From Candidatus Poribacteria bacterium (GTDB taxonomy: Bacteria; Poribacteria; WGA-4E; WGA-3G): DNA of 64,000 bases. A program made the translations under genes and the position numbers. This document shows, piece by piece, positions 9,203 to 18,836 of the stretch (its first letter is position 1; each line of letters starts with the position of its first letter). The stretch spans positions 1,472,001 through 1,536,000 of the forward strand of contig OZ251518.1 of assembly GCA_965242965.1 (NCBI GenBank), written 5' to 3'. A model generated the notes under the pieces. It did not search any database. It saw nothing but the letters and a program-made list of their open reading frames with translations, and was not told where the DNA came from.

Positions 9203-10084
9203 ATGAAAGTATTGATAACCGGGGCAAGCGGCAGACTCGGCGCGTTTGTCATCAGGGAATTGGCAGAACAGCATACACTGACGCTCATGTCACGCCGGCA
9301 ACCACCGGCCGAATTCTCACATCTCCCGTTTATTCAGGGAGATCTGAACACTTTTGAGGATTGCCAGCGCGCCGTTGAAGGCGTAGACGCAATCCAACAC
9401 CTCGGCGCGCAGCCGGGGCCCGTAGATCATCCCGATATGCGGGAAAACGCCGCAGCGCAAGGCATCCCTTTCGATGCCACCTTCAAAACGAACATGCTCG
9501 GCACCTATTACCTGATGCAGGCGGCGATTGAAGCAGGCGTGCAAACGGTGGTGATGTCCGGCAGCAATTGCGCATTAGGCCACGGCTTCCGCATCAGCAA
9601 AACCGACATGCCGCTCGATTACCTGCCTTTAGACGAGGAGCATCCGTGCTATCCGGAGGATTCCTATAGTTTCTCTAAACTGCACGGCGAGGCGTTGCTG
9701 GAGAGTTATACCCGCGCCTACGGCATCCGAACCTACGTCACGCGCCCAGCAGGCATCTGTCCGGAAGAACGGCGGCAGCAGATGGCAGAAAATGCGAAAC
9801 CGACTGCCGGGTGGACACCGTGGCTGTGGTGTTGGGTAGGCAGCGAAGATGTCGCCAGCGCGCACCGATTACTGATGGAAAAGGCGGAGACGCTCCCGCC
9901 GCACGATGTCTATTTCCTCAACGGAGACGACACCACGGCGTTGGAACCTTCACAAGAATTGGTGGCGCGGTTCAAACCGGAACTGCTGCCGAAAGTGCGA
10001 ACGCTCCAAGGGCATCAATCGTTTATCAACTGCGACAAGTTAAAGCGTGCCATCGGCTGGCGACACACTACCTCGTGGAGGTGA
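9203..10084 (+). CDS. NAD-dependent epimerase/dehydratase (extended SDR)
   Basis: MKVLITGASGRLG Rossmann motif, YSFSK catalytic motif, AAGGAGG RBS. Confidence 0.92.
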   Translation: MKVLITGASGRLGAFVIRELAEQHTLTLMSRRQPPAEFSHLPFIQGDLNTFEDCQRAVEGVDAIQHLGAQPGPVDHPDMRENAAAQGIPFDATFKTNMLGTYYLMQAAIEAGVQTVVMSGSNCALGHGFRISKTDMPLDYLPLDEEHPCYPEDSYSFSKLHGEALLESYTRAYGIRTYVTRPAGICPEERRQQMAENAKPTAGWTPWLWCWVGSEDVASAHRLLMEKAETLPPHDVYFLNGDDTTALEPSQELVARFKPELLPKVRTLQGHQSFINCDKLKRAIGWRHTTSWR

Positions 10085-10103
10085 CGTAAAACCGTCCGAA
10101 GCA

Positions 10104-10760
10104 CGTAGCGCGAGGGCCTGTCCCTCGCATGGTTTCGGTTGGAAAAACGCCATCCGCAGTGCCCGTAGCGCGAGGGCCTGTCCCTCGCGTGTTTTCGGTT
10201 GGAAAAACGCCGTCCGTAGTGACCGTAGCGCGAGGGCCTGTCCCTCGCGTGTTTTCGGTTGAAAAAAAGCCATCCGTAGTGACCGTAGGGCGAGGGCCTG
10301 TCCCTCGCGTGGCTTCGCCGAAAAAACGCTATCCGTAGTGCCCGTAGCGCGAGGGCCTGTCCCTCGCGAACTTTCCATTTCATTGAGGGTGTTTGATATC
10401 TTGATGGCTCCCCGGTAGGAGAGACCTCCCGGTCTCGATGCATCGCGCATGCGAGAGACTATAGTTCGGGAGTGCCTGCTCCCGAACGGGTCAAGATCGC
10501 TTGGCAAACATGCCAGAGCTTCAGACGATCTTGACCTACAGAGGGGGATGCCTCGTCTTACCGTAGGGCGAGGGTCTGTCCCTCGCCATCGTTCGCACAT
10601 CCCAACGCTCGCGGGGGACAGGCCCCCGCGCTACGGTGTCAGCAGCATTTCTCGCACCGATCTCGGAAGAAACCCGCCCGGATGCGCGTGTGGCATCCGA
10701 GGGGCCCCGCGCTACGGGGAAAAAAACAGCCCCTTGTTGAGCGATTTATGAAACACCCAC
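10104..10760. repeat. Five ~60-bp tandem REP units followed by a capped element (10385-10760)
   Basis: CGTAGCGCGAGGGCCTGTCCCTCGC (one copy CGTAGGGC...) at 10104, 10164, 10224, 10284, 10343; caps GAGGGTGTTTGATA and TATGAAACACCCAC. Confidence 0.92.
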
Positions 10761-10790
10761 ATTTCATTAGGGATTCTTTTGGAGGAAAAA

Positions 10791-11867
10791 ATGAACAACA
10801 GAGTTCGCATCGGAGTCGTCGGTGTCGGGAGTATCTCCGTGCGCGGCATTCTCCCGCACCTCACACAAGACGATGTTCAAGATAGACTACAGGTAACCGC
10901 TGTCTGCGATCCGGTTCCCGGCAGAGCCCAAGCCGCGTCCGAGAAATTCAACGTCCCGCACACGTATGAAACCTACGAGGCGTTGTTGGCAGACAGACAA
11001 GTGGATGCAGTAAGCATCGCATCGCCGATCGGGTTGCATTATGAACAGGGAAAACTCGCCATTGAGCACGGCGTGCATGCACACTTCAACAAGACGATGA
11101 CAACCAGCGTTGCGGAAGCGGATGCGTTAATCGCCGCCGCAGCGGAAAAGGAGGTCAAATTAGTAGCTTCGCCTGGGCAGATGTTGCGTCCAATCAACAG
11201 AGAGATTCGTCGGCTTGTTAGTGAAGGCGCGCTCGGAACGCTGACATGGGCGGCGACCGGGGCTGCTTTCGGCAGATACCACGAAAACGAATCGGTACGG
11301 CACGGCGATGATCTGCTATCCAATATCAACCCGGCGTGGTATTTCCGAAAACCGGGCGGCGGACCGCTTTACGACATGACAGTCTATGGCTTGCACACGC
11401 TGACAGGCATTCTCGGACCCGCGAAGCGCGTAACGGCGTTCTCCGGCGTGCGCATCAAGGAACGTGAATTCCGCGGCGAAATGCTCCCGTGCGACATGGA
11501 CGATAACACCTTCATCTTGCTAGACTTCGGCGAGGCGTTTTTCGGGTTTGTCTACGGTGCCGCCGCAGGATACCAGGTCCGCGGCGGATTAGCGATTCAC
11601 GGGACAGCCGGGACAATTGAGGGCGGTTCCTTCAACGGCAAACCAATTGACGCGCCGGACATGGCACTCCCGCACGTGGTGGGAGTGCATCGGGACATTC
11701 AGGAATCGCATGTCTATGAGGACATTATGCAACTAGTAGACTGGATTCGTGAGGGTATCCCCACTATCGTCACGGCGGAACATGCGCGGCACGTAATCGA
11801 AATTTTTGATGCCGGTTACCGTTCTGCTCAAACCGGGCAAGCGCAAACCTTGCGAACCACTTTTTAG
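10791..11867 (+). CDS. Gfo/Idh/MocA family oxidoreductase
   Basis: RIGVVGVGSIS, VDAVSIASPIGLH, GGGPLYDMTVY; the usual EKP motif reads NKT. Confidence 0.92.
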   Translation: MNNRVRIGVVGVGSISVRGILPHLTQDDVQDRLQVTAVCDPVPGRAQAASEKFNVPHTYETYEALLADRQVDAVSIASPIGLHYEQGKLAIEHGVHAHFNKTMTTSVAEADALIAAAAEKEVKLVASPGQMLRPINREIRRLVSEGALGTLTWAATGAAFGRYHENESVRHGDDLLSNINPAWYFRKPGGGPLYDMTVYGLHTLTGILGPAKRVTAFSGVRIKEREFRGEMLPCDMDDNTFILLDFGEAFFGFVYGAAAGYQVRGGLAIHGTAGTIEGGSFNGKPIDAPDMALPHVVGVHRDIQESHVYEDIMQLVDWIREGIPTIVTAEHARHVIEIFDAGYRSAQTGQAQTLRTTF

Positions 11868-11925
11868 ATGCATCGGCTAAGGCCTGTTTGCCATGCTTAT
11901 TTTAAAACGCGTTGATTGGCCCTTC

Positions 11926-12436
11926 CGTAGGGCTTGGGCCCTCGGATGCCACACGCGCTGGCGAGCGGGTTTCCCTCGCCAGCGTTCATGCACGCGCACT
12001 CCAACGCTCGCGGGGGACAGGCCCCCGCGCTACGATAAAAAACGCCACTCCCTCATCCCGTAGGGCGAGGGACAGGCCCTCGCCAGCGTTTTGCTACCAG
12101 AGCTCCTCACCTCTGTAGGTCAGGAGCGCCTGCTCCTGACCTGTTTGTGATCAGGCGATCACAAACTACAGAGGGGGAAACGCACATCGTGACGATGGAG
12201 ATCGCGGGGGAAACCCGCTCGGATGCGCGTATGGCATCCGAGGGCCCCCGCGCTACGATGAAAAAACGCCCCTCACCGTAGGGCGAGGGCCTGTCCCTCG
12301 CCATCGTTCATGCACGCGCACTCCAACGATCGCGGGGGACAGGCCCCCGCGCTACGATGAAAAAAACGCCACTCCCTCACCGTAGGGCGAGGGCCCTCGC
12401 ATGCCACACGCGCATGCGAGAGGGTTTCCCTCGCCA
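11926..12436. repeat. REP-like mosaic array
   Basis: GTAG hairpins including nested TCGGATGC/TCGCATGC loop variants. Confidence 0.9.
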
Positions 12437-12476
12437 TGCTTGTCTAACAAGAAAATCATCTAAAGGAAAAAACGTC

Positions 12477-13427
12477 ATGCCAAAAGCTTTATGTATCGGT
12501 GAATTGCTCATCGATTTTGTATCCACTACCCCCGATGTAACGCTTGCGGCGGCACCGGGGTTCGTCAAAGCCCCCGGTGGCGCGCCCGCGAACGTTGCTG
12601 TAGGCTTAGCAAAACTCGGTATTGATGCCGGGTTCATCGGCAAAGTCGGCGCGGATGCGTTCGGCGATTTCCTGCGAGAAACGCTGACACAGCACCACGT
12701 CAATACCGACTACCTCATCGCCGATGAGACATCTCGCACGACGTTAGCCTTCGTCGCCACGCGCTCCGATGGCATGAAAGACATCACCTTCTATCGGCAT
12801 CCCGGCGCGGATATCCAACTCTCGCCTGACGAAATCGACGCGGACTATATCCACTCAGCGGCACTTTTTCACTATGGTTCTGTCAGCCTGAGTCATTCGC
12901 CAAGCCGGGAGGCGACGCTGGCAGCGATTCAGGAGGCGAAGGCCGGCGGCGTGCTACTCTCCTATGATGTGAACCTACGGTTGATGCTCTGGGACGATGC
13001 CGACGATGCAAAACGGTGGATTTGGGCTGTCTTGCCCTACGCCGATGTTGTTAAAATATCGGAAGAAGAATGGAATTTCATCATGGGCGATGTGAGTTTT
13101 GCAAGTGGCGCAAAACGCATCCTTGAACAAGGTGCATCCCTCGTCGTTGTCACGCTCGGGGAAAAGGGGTGTTACTACACAAACGGCAGCGCGGAAGGCA
13201 CGGTTGATGGATTCGCTGTCAAGGTGGTGGATACCCTCGGCGCGGGCGATGCCTTCGTCGCGGCGATGCTGTTCCAGCTGCTGCGTCATGAAAATCTTCA
13301 GTCGCTTAACGCGGAACAACTCGGCGCGATAATGCGTTATGCGAACGCCGCGGGGGCATTAGCGACGCAGAAGGTAGGGGTAATCCCTGCCTTGCCAACG
13401 GCTGCAGAGATTGCGGCGTTCCTGTAA
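12477..13427 (+). CDS. PfkB family carbohydrate kinase (fructokinase-like)
   Basis: GGAPANVAVGLAKLG and VDTLGAGDAF signatures; the ORF-track N-terminal extension is repeat-derived. Confidence 0.93.
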   Translation: MPKALCIGELLIDFVSTTPDVTLAAAPGFVKAPGGAPANVAVGLAKLGIDAGFIGKVGADAFGDFLRETLTQHHVNTDYLIADETSRTTLAFVATRSDGMKDITFYRHPGADIQLSPDEIDADYIHSAALFHYGSVSLSHSPSREATLAAIQEAKAGGVLLSYDVNLRLMLWDDADDAKRWIWAVLPYADVVKISEEEWNFIMGDVSFASGAKRILEQGASLVVVTLGEKGCYYTNGSAEGTVDGFAVKVVDTLGAGDAFVAAMLFQLLRHENLQSLNAEQLGAIMRYANAAGALATQKVGVIPALPTAAEIAAFL

Positions 13428-13453
13428 GTCGGGACAACAATGGACTACGGAAG

Positions 13454-13932
13454 GAAGGGGTTTCATAAATTGCTATGCGTTTGGCTGGCAGACCGCCTCA
13501 CCCCTGTAGGTCAGGATCGCCTGATCCTGACCCGTTCGGGAGCGGGCGCTCCCGAACTACAGAAGTGGGCCCGATGCATCCCGGTAGGAGAGACCTCCCG
13601 GTCTCGATGCAATACCCGGTAGGCGAGACCTCCTGGTCTCGATGCGTTTTGTTGGTGTTTTTATCGGGACAAGGATGTCCCTCCTACCTGGCTCGATTTC
13701 TGCCGGTAGGCGAGACCTCCTGGTCTCGATGCTGCAAGGCTCGGGCGCGCCCCACCTATAGTTCAGGAGCGCCTGCTCCTGAACGCTTTGTGCTCAGGCG
13801 ATTGCAAACGACGATGGGCTTCTCAATGTCTTCCCGATACGGACCACGTTGAGACCCGGGCGGCAGAAATCGAGACCGGGAGGTCTCTCCTACGGGGCCA
13901 TCGCGCGCATCGAGACCAGGAGGTCTCTCCTA
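13454..13932. repeat. REP-like mosaic array
   Basis: Degenerate left cap GAAGGGGTTTCATA; many GTAGG(A/C)GAGACCTCC(C/T)GGTCTCGAT units. Confidence 0.9.
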
Positions 13933-14007
13933 CCGGGGAAACGGAATCGTTTCGGGGTATCACGAAACCAGAGCACGGCGGTGAGTGGATTATTGAGTTG
14001 TTCTAAA

Positions 14008-14808
14008 TCAACCCCGCCGCGCCCGAACCGCATACATCGGCCATGAAAAATAGAAATCCTCACCTGCTGGCCGGACGGTGTAATGCTCCTTTGCCTCATC
14101 TGGGGAGAGTTGCGCGAAGGCATCACGGATTGCACGCACCACCGCCGGTGGATTATTCTCCGGCCGCACCCACCACAAAAACGACATCTGCGCATTACGC
14201 ACGTGCGCAGAACGTTCTATCGTAAATCCTGCAGCGGTAATCATCGCATCCCACTGAGACGGTGGGTAGCCATATACATGCGAATTATCTCGCAGCCTCT
14301 CCACGCGATTCTGCCACGCGATGAGTTTCTCCGATTCGGGTGAGACAGAATCCACCATGCAGAAGAGTCCATTCGGGCGTAAAACCCGATGGACTTCTCT
14401 TAAAAACGCAGGCACATCTTCAAAGTGATGCGGCGCGATCCGGCACGTCACCAAATCGTAAGCGGCATTGGCGAACGGCAGTGCCTCCGCAGCGGCGAGC
14501 GAAAAGGCGATGTTCGGTATCGCTTGCTCTTGTGCCAATTCGGCTGCCTTGACAAGCATCTCTTCTGTCAAATCTGTCGCGACGACATTCGCGACGTTGG
14601 GTGCGAACGCGAACGCCGTGAATCCTGTCCCGGTGGCGATGTCTAGCACCTGTTCCGTGCCTTTCGGTTCGGCAAATTCAAGGATGACATCAAGCGTATC
14701 GCCTTTAGCATGTGCAGTGCTTTGCGCGTAGTATTCGGCATGTTGGCTGAACTGTGCTGTGACAGCGTTGTGGATAGATTTCATGTTGTGCTGTGCCTCC
14801 ACGTCCAT
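14008..14808 (-). CDS. Class I SAM-dependent methyltransferase (UbiE/YcgJ-like)
   Basis: VLDIATGTG, AEALPFANAAYDLVTCRIAPHHF, LRPNG. Confidence 0.92.
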   Translation of the reverse strand: MDVEAQHNMKSIHNAVTAQFSQHAEYYAQSTAHAKGDTLDVILEFAEPKGTEQVLDIATGTGFTAFAFAPNVANVVATDLTEEMLVKAAELAQEQAIPNIAFSLAAAEALPFANAAYDLVTCRIAPHHFEDVPAFLREVHRVLRPNGLFCMVDSVSPESEKLIAWQNRVERLRDNSHVYGYPPSQWDAMITAAGFTIERSAHVRNAQMSFLWWVRPENNPPAVVRAIRDAFAQLSPDEAKEHYTVRPAGEDFYFSWPMYAVRARRG

Positions 14809-14810
14809 TT

Positions 14811-15212
14811 TTACTGCAGCGGCGGCGCAGGCGGCATTTGTAACGCGGCGTTCTCCACGGGTGCCGATTCCGTTTCAGATGCAACTGCAGCGGCGGGCAT
14901 CGCCTCGGACAACGGCTCAACCGTCAGACGACAGCCGAGGGCTTTGAGAAGGCACGCGAACGTGTCTAGGGACAGTTCCTCCTCGCCTGAAAGCAGCCGC
15001 GTCACTGTTGCTGCGTCTAACGACATCTGCTGCGCCAACTGCGCAACACCCCCCTGTGAAGCGACGAACGTTCGGAGCCCCAGGAGAAATACAGGCGTGT
15101 CGCCATCCTCTTGATATTCTTCCACTGTCAATTGGAGATAACTCAATGCTCTCTCCCGGTTTTTGGCGAATCTCTCAATGATATATTCGCGCCAGTCTCC
15201 CATTTCTGTCAT
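14811..15212 (-). CDS. Addiction-module antidote (HTH antitoxin, HI1420/HigA-like)
   Basis: YLQLTVEEYQEDGDTPVFLLGLRTFVASQGGVAQLAQQ...LKALGCRL; AAGGAGG RBS. Confidence 0.8.
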   Translation of the reverse strand: MTEMGDWREYIIERFAKNRERALSYLQLTVEEYQEDGDTPVFLLGLRTFVASQGGVAQLAQQMSLDAATVTRLLSGEEELSLDTFACLLKALGCRLTVEPLSEAMPAAAVASETESAPVENAALQMPPAPPLQ

Positions 15213-15331
15213 CGGTGTGCCTCCTTATATGTTTGCCAATACGTCTTGGCACGGCGAATGTCCCGTTGCTGCGATGACTTATCACCACTGCACAGCAATA
15301 GGATAACCGTGTTGCCGATTTCCCCTAGAAA
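15209..15331 (-). pseudogene. C-terminal remnant of addiction-module killer toxin (RelE/HigB, HI1419-like)
   Basis: Hand translation FLGEIGNTVILLLCSGDKSSQQRDIRRAKTYWQTYKEAHR*; its TGA overlaps the antitoxin ATG; the 5' part is missing next to a REP array. Confidence 0.8.
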
Positions 15332-15344
15332 AGCGAGGAGGCGC

Positions 15345-15515
15345 GCATCGGGCCCACCACTGTAGTTCGGGAGCACCCGCTCCCGAACAGGTCAGGAGCA
15401 GGCACTCCTGTCCTACAGGGGTGAGGCGGTCTGCCAGCCAAACGCGGTCTACCGAAAACTCGCGAGGGACAGGCCCTCGCGCTACGGAGTATCGGGACAA
15501 GGATGTCCCTCCTAC
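15345..15515. repeat. REP-like array; first ~101 bp are an inverted copy of 13477-13577
   Basis: Direct sequence comparison. Confidence 0.9.
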
Positions 15516-15516
15516 C

Positions 15517-16350
15517 TCAATAATTCTTAATAAACAACTCCTTCCCTTTCGCCGCTGTAGTTTTCCGATAGTTGTTCATCCCATACTGCAGTGTCCACTC
15601 CTGAATCTCTGCAAAATCGAAGAGCTCCCTGATAACAGGCGAATCATCGTAAGTTATCAGCCATTTATGCGGACACTTCTTCATATTTTCAGCGAATTGC
15701 CCGTGGTCAAACGCCGTATGCAAACTGCCTCTCACGCCATATAGTTTTGACGCAGTCGCCTTCCAATACGGCGGCTCCAAGAAAAGAAAGACATTTTCGC
15801 CTTCGTGGAACAGCACGTCGGCGTAATCCTCGCACGTGATGTTGACATCGCGGAGATACGGCGCAACCTGTCCTACGCGCGCAATGGACGATGCTGTCCA
15901 CCGATTCGCATAGGCGGAAGGCGAATACCCCCCAGAATCTACCACACCCGAAAAGGTGATACGATTCAGGATGAAAAACCGCACGGCGCGTTCAAATTCG
16001 GAAAGCAGGGAGCGGTTTTCGCTGAGTGCATCCTTATCCGATGTTAACTCGGCAAATAAGGCGCGGCCATCGGTTGTGTTTGAGTGCGTTGTCGTCAACG
16101 CTTCTACCAATGCGAGGTTATTGTCGCGCGCTTGCCGCCAAAAACAGACGACATCATAGTTGAAATCATTTATCCAATAGGTTTTGATGCGGCTGTGGAA
16201 GAGGCTGCGGATAGCGAAGAAGACAGAACCGCCTCCGACGAAAGGTTCTCGGAACTCGGCAATGTTCATCGGAATGAGGGGGAGAATCTGTTTCAAGGCG
16301 CGAGATTTCCCACCCGGATATCGTAAGGGACTTTTCGCTAATTTAGGCAT
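15517..16350 (-). CDS. Dam-family (D12 class) DNA adenine methyltransferase with EPPY variant motif
   Basis: SPLRYPGGKS, EPFVGGGSVF, FLEPPY, WLITYDD, ELFIKNY. Confidence 0.9.
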   Translation of the reverse strand: MPKLAKSPLRYPGGKSRALKQILPLIPMNIAEFREPFVGGGSVFFAIRSLFHSRIKTYWINDFNYDVVCFWRQARDNNLALVEALTTTHSNTTDGRALFAELTSDKDALSENRSLLSEFERAVRFFILNRITFSGVVDSGGYSPSAYANRWTASSIARVGQVAPYLRDVNITCEDYADVLFHEGENVFLFLEPPYWKATASKLYGVRGSLHTAFDHGQFAENMKKCPHKWLITYDDSPVIRELFDFAEIQEWTLQYGMNNYRKTTAAKGKELFIKNY

Positions 16351-16485
16351 CGCGTGCAGTTATCCAAATTTGTAATTTGTCGTTTTCACCCGCTTCTCGG
16401 TACCGAACGCATCGAAATATGAAACCCCCTCATCACCCGAAAGCCCCCGTTTCGCGCAAGGAAAAATCGCGCGATGGCCCAAAGG

Positions 16486-17589
16486 CTAATCAAAAACAAT
16501 CACGCCGCGCGCGTTTTCGCCCGCCTCCATGTCCGCAAACGCCTCGTTAATTTGCTCAAGCCGATAGTGACGCGTGATGAGCTCATCTAACTTCAGCTTA
16601 CCCTCTTCGTAAAGCGAGAGGAGTTTCGGCATGTCTACCCGCGGGTTGCACGAACCGTAGAAAGAACCGATGAGCTGCCGCTCAGTGGAAACGAAATGCT
16701 GCGCGGGGATGCTGAATTCCGCCTCATGATGCGCCATCCCGACGATAACCGCTGTGCCTGCCGCCCGAACCATCCGATACGCCTGCACGATAGTCTTTGG
16801 ATTGCCGATTACCTCAAAGGCGTAATCTACGCCGAGCCCGGCGGTGAGTTCACGAACTGCATCAACTGCATCAACTTCGGCGGCATTGACGACATCTGTC
16901 GCGCCGAAACACTCGGCAAAATCCAATTTCTTCTCGGCAATATCGACAGCGATAATCCGTTCCGCTCGCGCCAGCACCGCGCCTTGGATGACGTTCAACC
17001 CCACGCCGCCCGTGCCGATAACCGCCACCGTGCTACCCGGCTCCACCTGCGCGGTATTGAGCACGGCACCGACACCTGTCGTCACACCACACCCGACGAG
17101 CGCGGCTTTCTCTAGGGGATAGTGCGGCGCGATTTTGACGAGGTTCTGTTGCGGAACTACCATGTATTCGGACATCGTCGCCACGCGTGCCATTTGGAGG
17201 ATGCCATCTCCCGATTTGTTGTAGAGGCGATAAGTGCCATCTAACTGAAATCCACGCGGCACATCGTAACTCTCGCAGAGACACACTTTCTCCATCTGGC
17301 ACATCCGACACGTGCCACAATAAGTGACGAACGAGAGAATCACCCGTTCGCCGGGGCTGAAGTCTGTCACGTCATCGCCGATGCGCTCAATTGTGCCAGC
17401 ACCTTCGTGTCCTAGCACGACAGCGGCATCGTAATAGATGGCACCGGTGACGACAGATAAGTCGGAATGGCAGACACCGCTTGCCCCCGTGCGGATGAGC
17501 ACTTCGTTGGCTTTCGGTTCTTCAAGTTCAAGTTCTTCAACGACGACAGGTTGGTTGTGTTGATAAACAACAGCGGCGCGCGTTTTCAT
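16486..17589 (-). CDS. Zn-dependent alcohol dehydrogenase (class III-like)
   Basis: GVCHSD, GHEGAG, C-x2-C-x2-C-x7-C, GCGVTTG, GTGGVG. Confidence 0.95.
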   Translation of the reverse strand: MKTRAAVVYQHNQPVVVEELELEEPKANEVLIRTGASGVCHSDLSVVTGAIYYDAAVVLGHEGAGTIERIGDDVTDFSPGERVILSFVTYCGTCRMCQMEKVCLCESYDVPRGFQLDGTYRLYNKSGDGILQMARVATMSEYMVVPQQNLVKIAPHYPLEKAALVGCGVTTGVGAVLNTAQVEPGSTVAVIGTGGVGLNVIQGAVLARAERIIAVDIAEKKLDFAECFGATDVVNAAEVDAVDAVRELTAGLGVDYAFEVIGNPKTIVQAYRMVRAAGTAVIVGMAHHEAEFSIPAQHFVSTERQLIGSFYGSCNPRVDMPKLLSLYEEGKLKLDELITRHYRLEQINEAFADMEAGENARGVIVFD

Positions 17590-17625
17590 ATTTCTATCTC
17601 CCTGGGGCAGTACGATTTCGCCGTG

Positions 17626-18019
17626 TTTGAGCGCGTTTTGCGTCGTGCGAGAACTTCAGACGCGCTCAAACTACAGTAGGTAATGTGAAGGTGTTTCATA
17701 AATCGCTCAACGTCGCGGGGGACAGGCCCCCGCGCTACGGTGAAAAAATGGAGAATTGCCGGCGGACCCGCCCGAGCTCAATGTCCGCCGGGTAGGAGGG
17801 ACATCCTTGTCCCGATAACAACATCGAGACCGGGACGGCAAGCCGACAGGAAAAAATTGAGACCAGGAGGTCTCTCCTACGGTATTGCATCGAGACCGGG
17901 AGGTCTCTCCTACCGGGGTGTGCATCGTTTCGGGTAGGAGGGACATCCTTGTCCCGATAACAACATCGAGACCGGGAGGTCTCTCCTAACGGGGACATCG
18001 CTTGCTATGAAACACCCTG
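17626..18019. repeat. Long-loop GTAG hairpin plus capped REP element (17687-18019)
   Basis: GTTTGAGCGCGT...ACGCGCTCAAACTAC; caps GAAGGTGTTTCATA and TATGAAACACCCTG. Confidence 0.88.
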
Positions 18020-18020
18020 A

Positions 18021-18821
18021 TTACAAGAGTGACTCCAAATAGTTCCTCGCCTTGCGCATGGCCGCAATAGGCTCGGATTCGCCTTCGTAGACGACAGAGA
18101 GACAGCCGTTATAGCCAACGCCGCGCAAAATATCTAATACGCGCGGATAGTCCAGCCATTGTTCAACCCCACTATCAATCTGGTAAAACTTAGTGCGGAC
18201 ATAGACAGCGTGCGGTGCCGTCTGTTCAATGCTGGCGTAGCAGTCATAATCCGGATGCGATGAACCGCGATGTCCACTCGCACCGGGTGAGCCAGCATAT
18301 TGCCCCGTGTCCAAGATATGCGTGAAATAGGGATGGTTCGTCTCGTTCAAGGCGCGTAAAACGGCATCGCCATCGCGCGTGACGTTGTTGTGGTTGTGAT
18401 TCTGCAACCCGACGAGGATGCCAGCCTGATGCCCGTATTCCGCCACTTCCTGGAACCCCTCAATCATCGGGGGCCACAAGGTTTCCTCGTCTTCGCAGTC
18501 GTCTGGGACATACGCGGCGAAGACCCGCACGAGCGGGCAGCTCATAAACGCCGCTACATCAATCCACTGCTTAATCAGGTTAATCTGCTCGCGGTGCTCG
18601 GCTACGGGGCGGCCGAAATTGTTGCTAACGCCGATGTAGCCGAGTGGCAGACCTTTGCGCATCAGATTCTTCTTTAACTCGCGCAGATACGAGGTATCGG
18701 TGGATTCAAACGCGCTGGCATGCAACTCAATCACGTCAAATCCCAAGTCGTAGACGATTTGCGCGAAGGCAGTAGCCGTAGTATTTCTGACATTGAGGGA
18801 CATTGTGCCGATTTTCATCAT
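18021..18821 (-). CDS. Sugar phosphate isomerase/epimerase (xylose isomerase-like TIM barrel)
   Basis: GFDVIEL, VRVFA, LQNH, ILDTG, GYNGCLSVVYEG. Confidence 0.88.
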   Translation of the reverse strand: MMKIGTMSLNVRNTTATAFAQIVYDLGFDVIELHASAFESTDTSYLRELKKNLMRKGLPLGYIGVSNNFGRPVAEHREQINLIKQWIDVAAFMSCPLVRVFAAYVPDDCEDEETLWPPMIEGFQEVAEYGHQAGILVGLQNHNHNNVTRDGDAVLRALNETNHPYFTHILDTGQYAGSPGASGHRGSSHPDYDCYASIEQTAPHAVYVRTKFYQIDSGVEQWLDYPRVLDILRGVGYNGCLSVVYEGESEPIAAMRKARNYLESLL

Positions 18822-18836
18822 GGGACGGTTCTCCTT

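Noticed and set aside
10104-10368. CRISPR array
   Set aside because: Spacers are near-identical, the repeat is a dispersed REP unit, and no cas genes are in the window.
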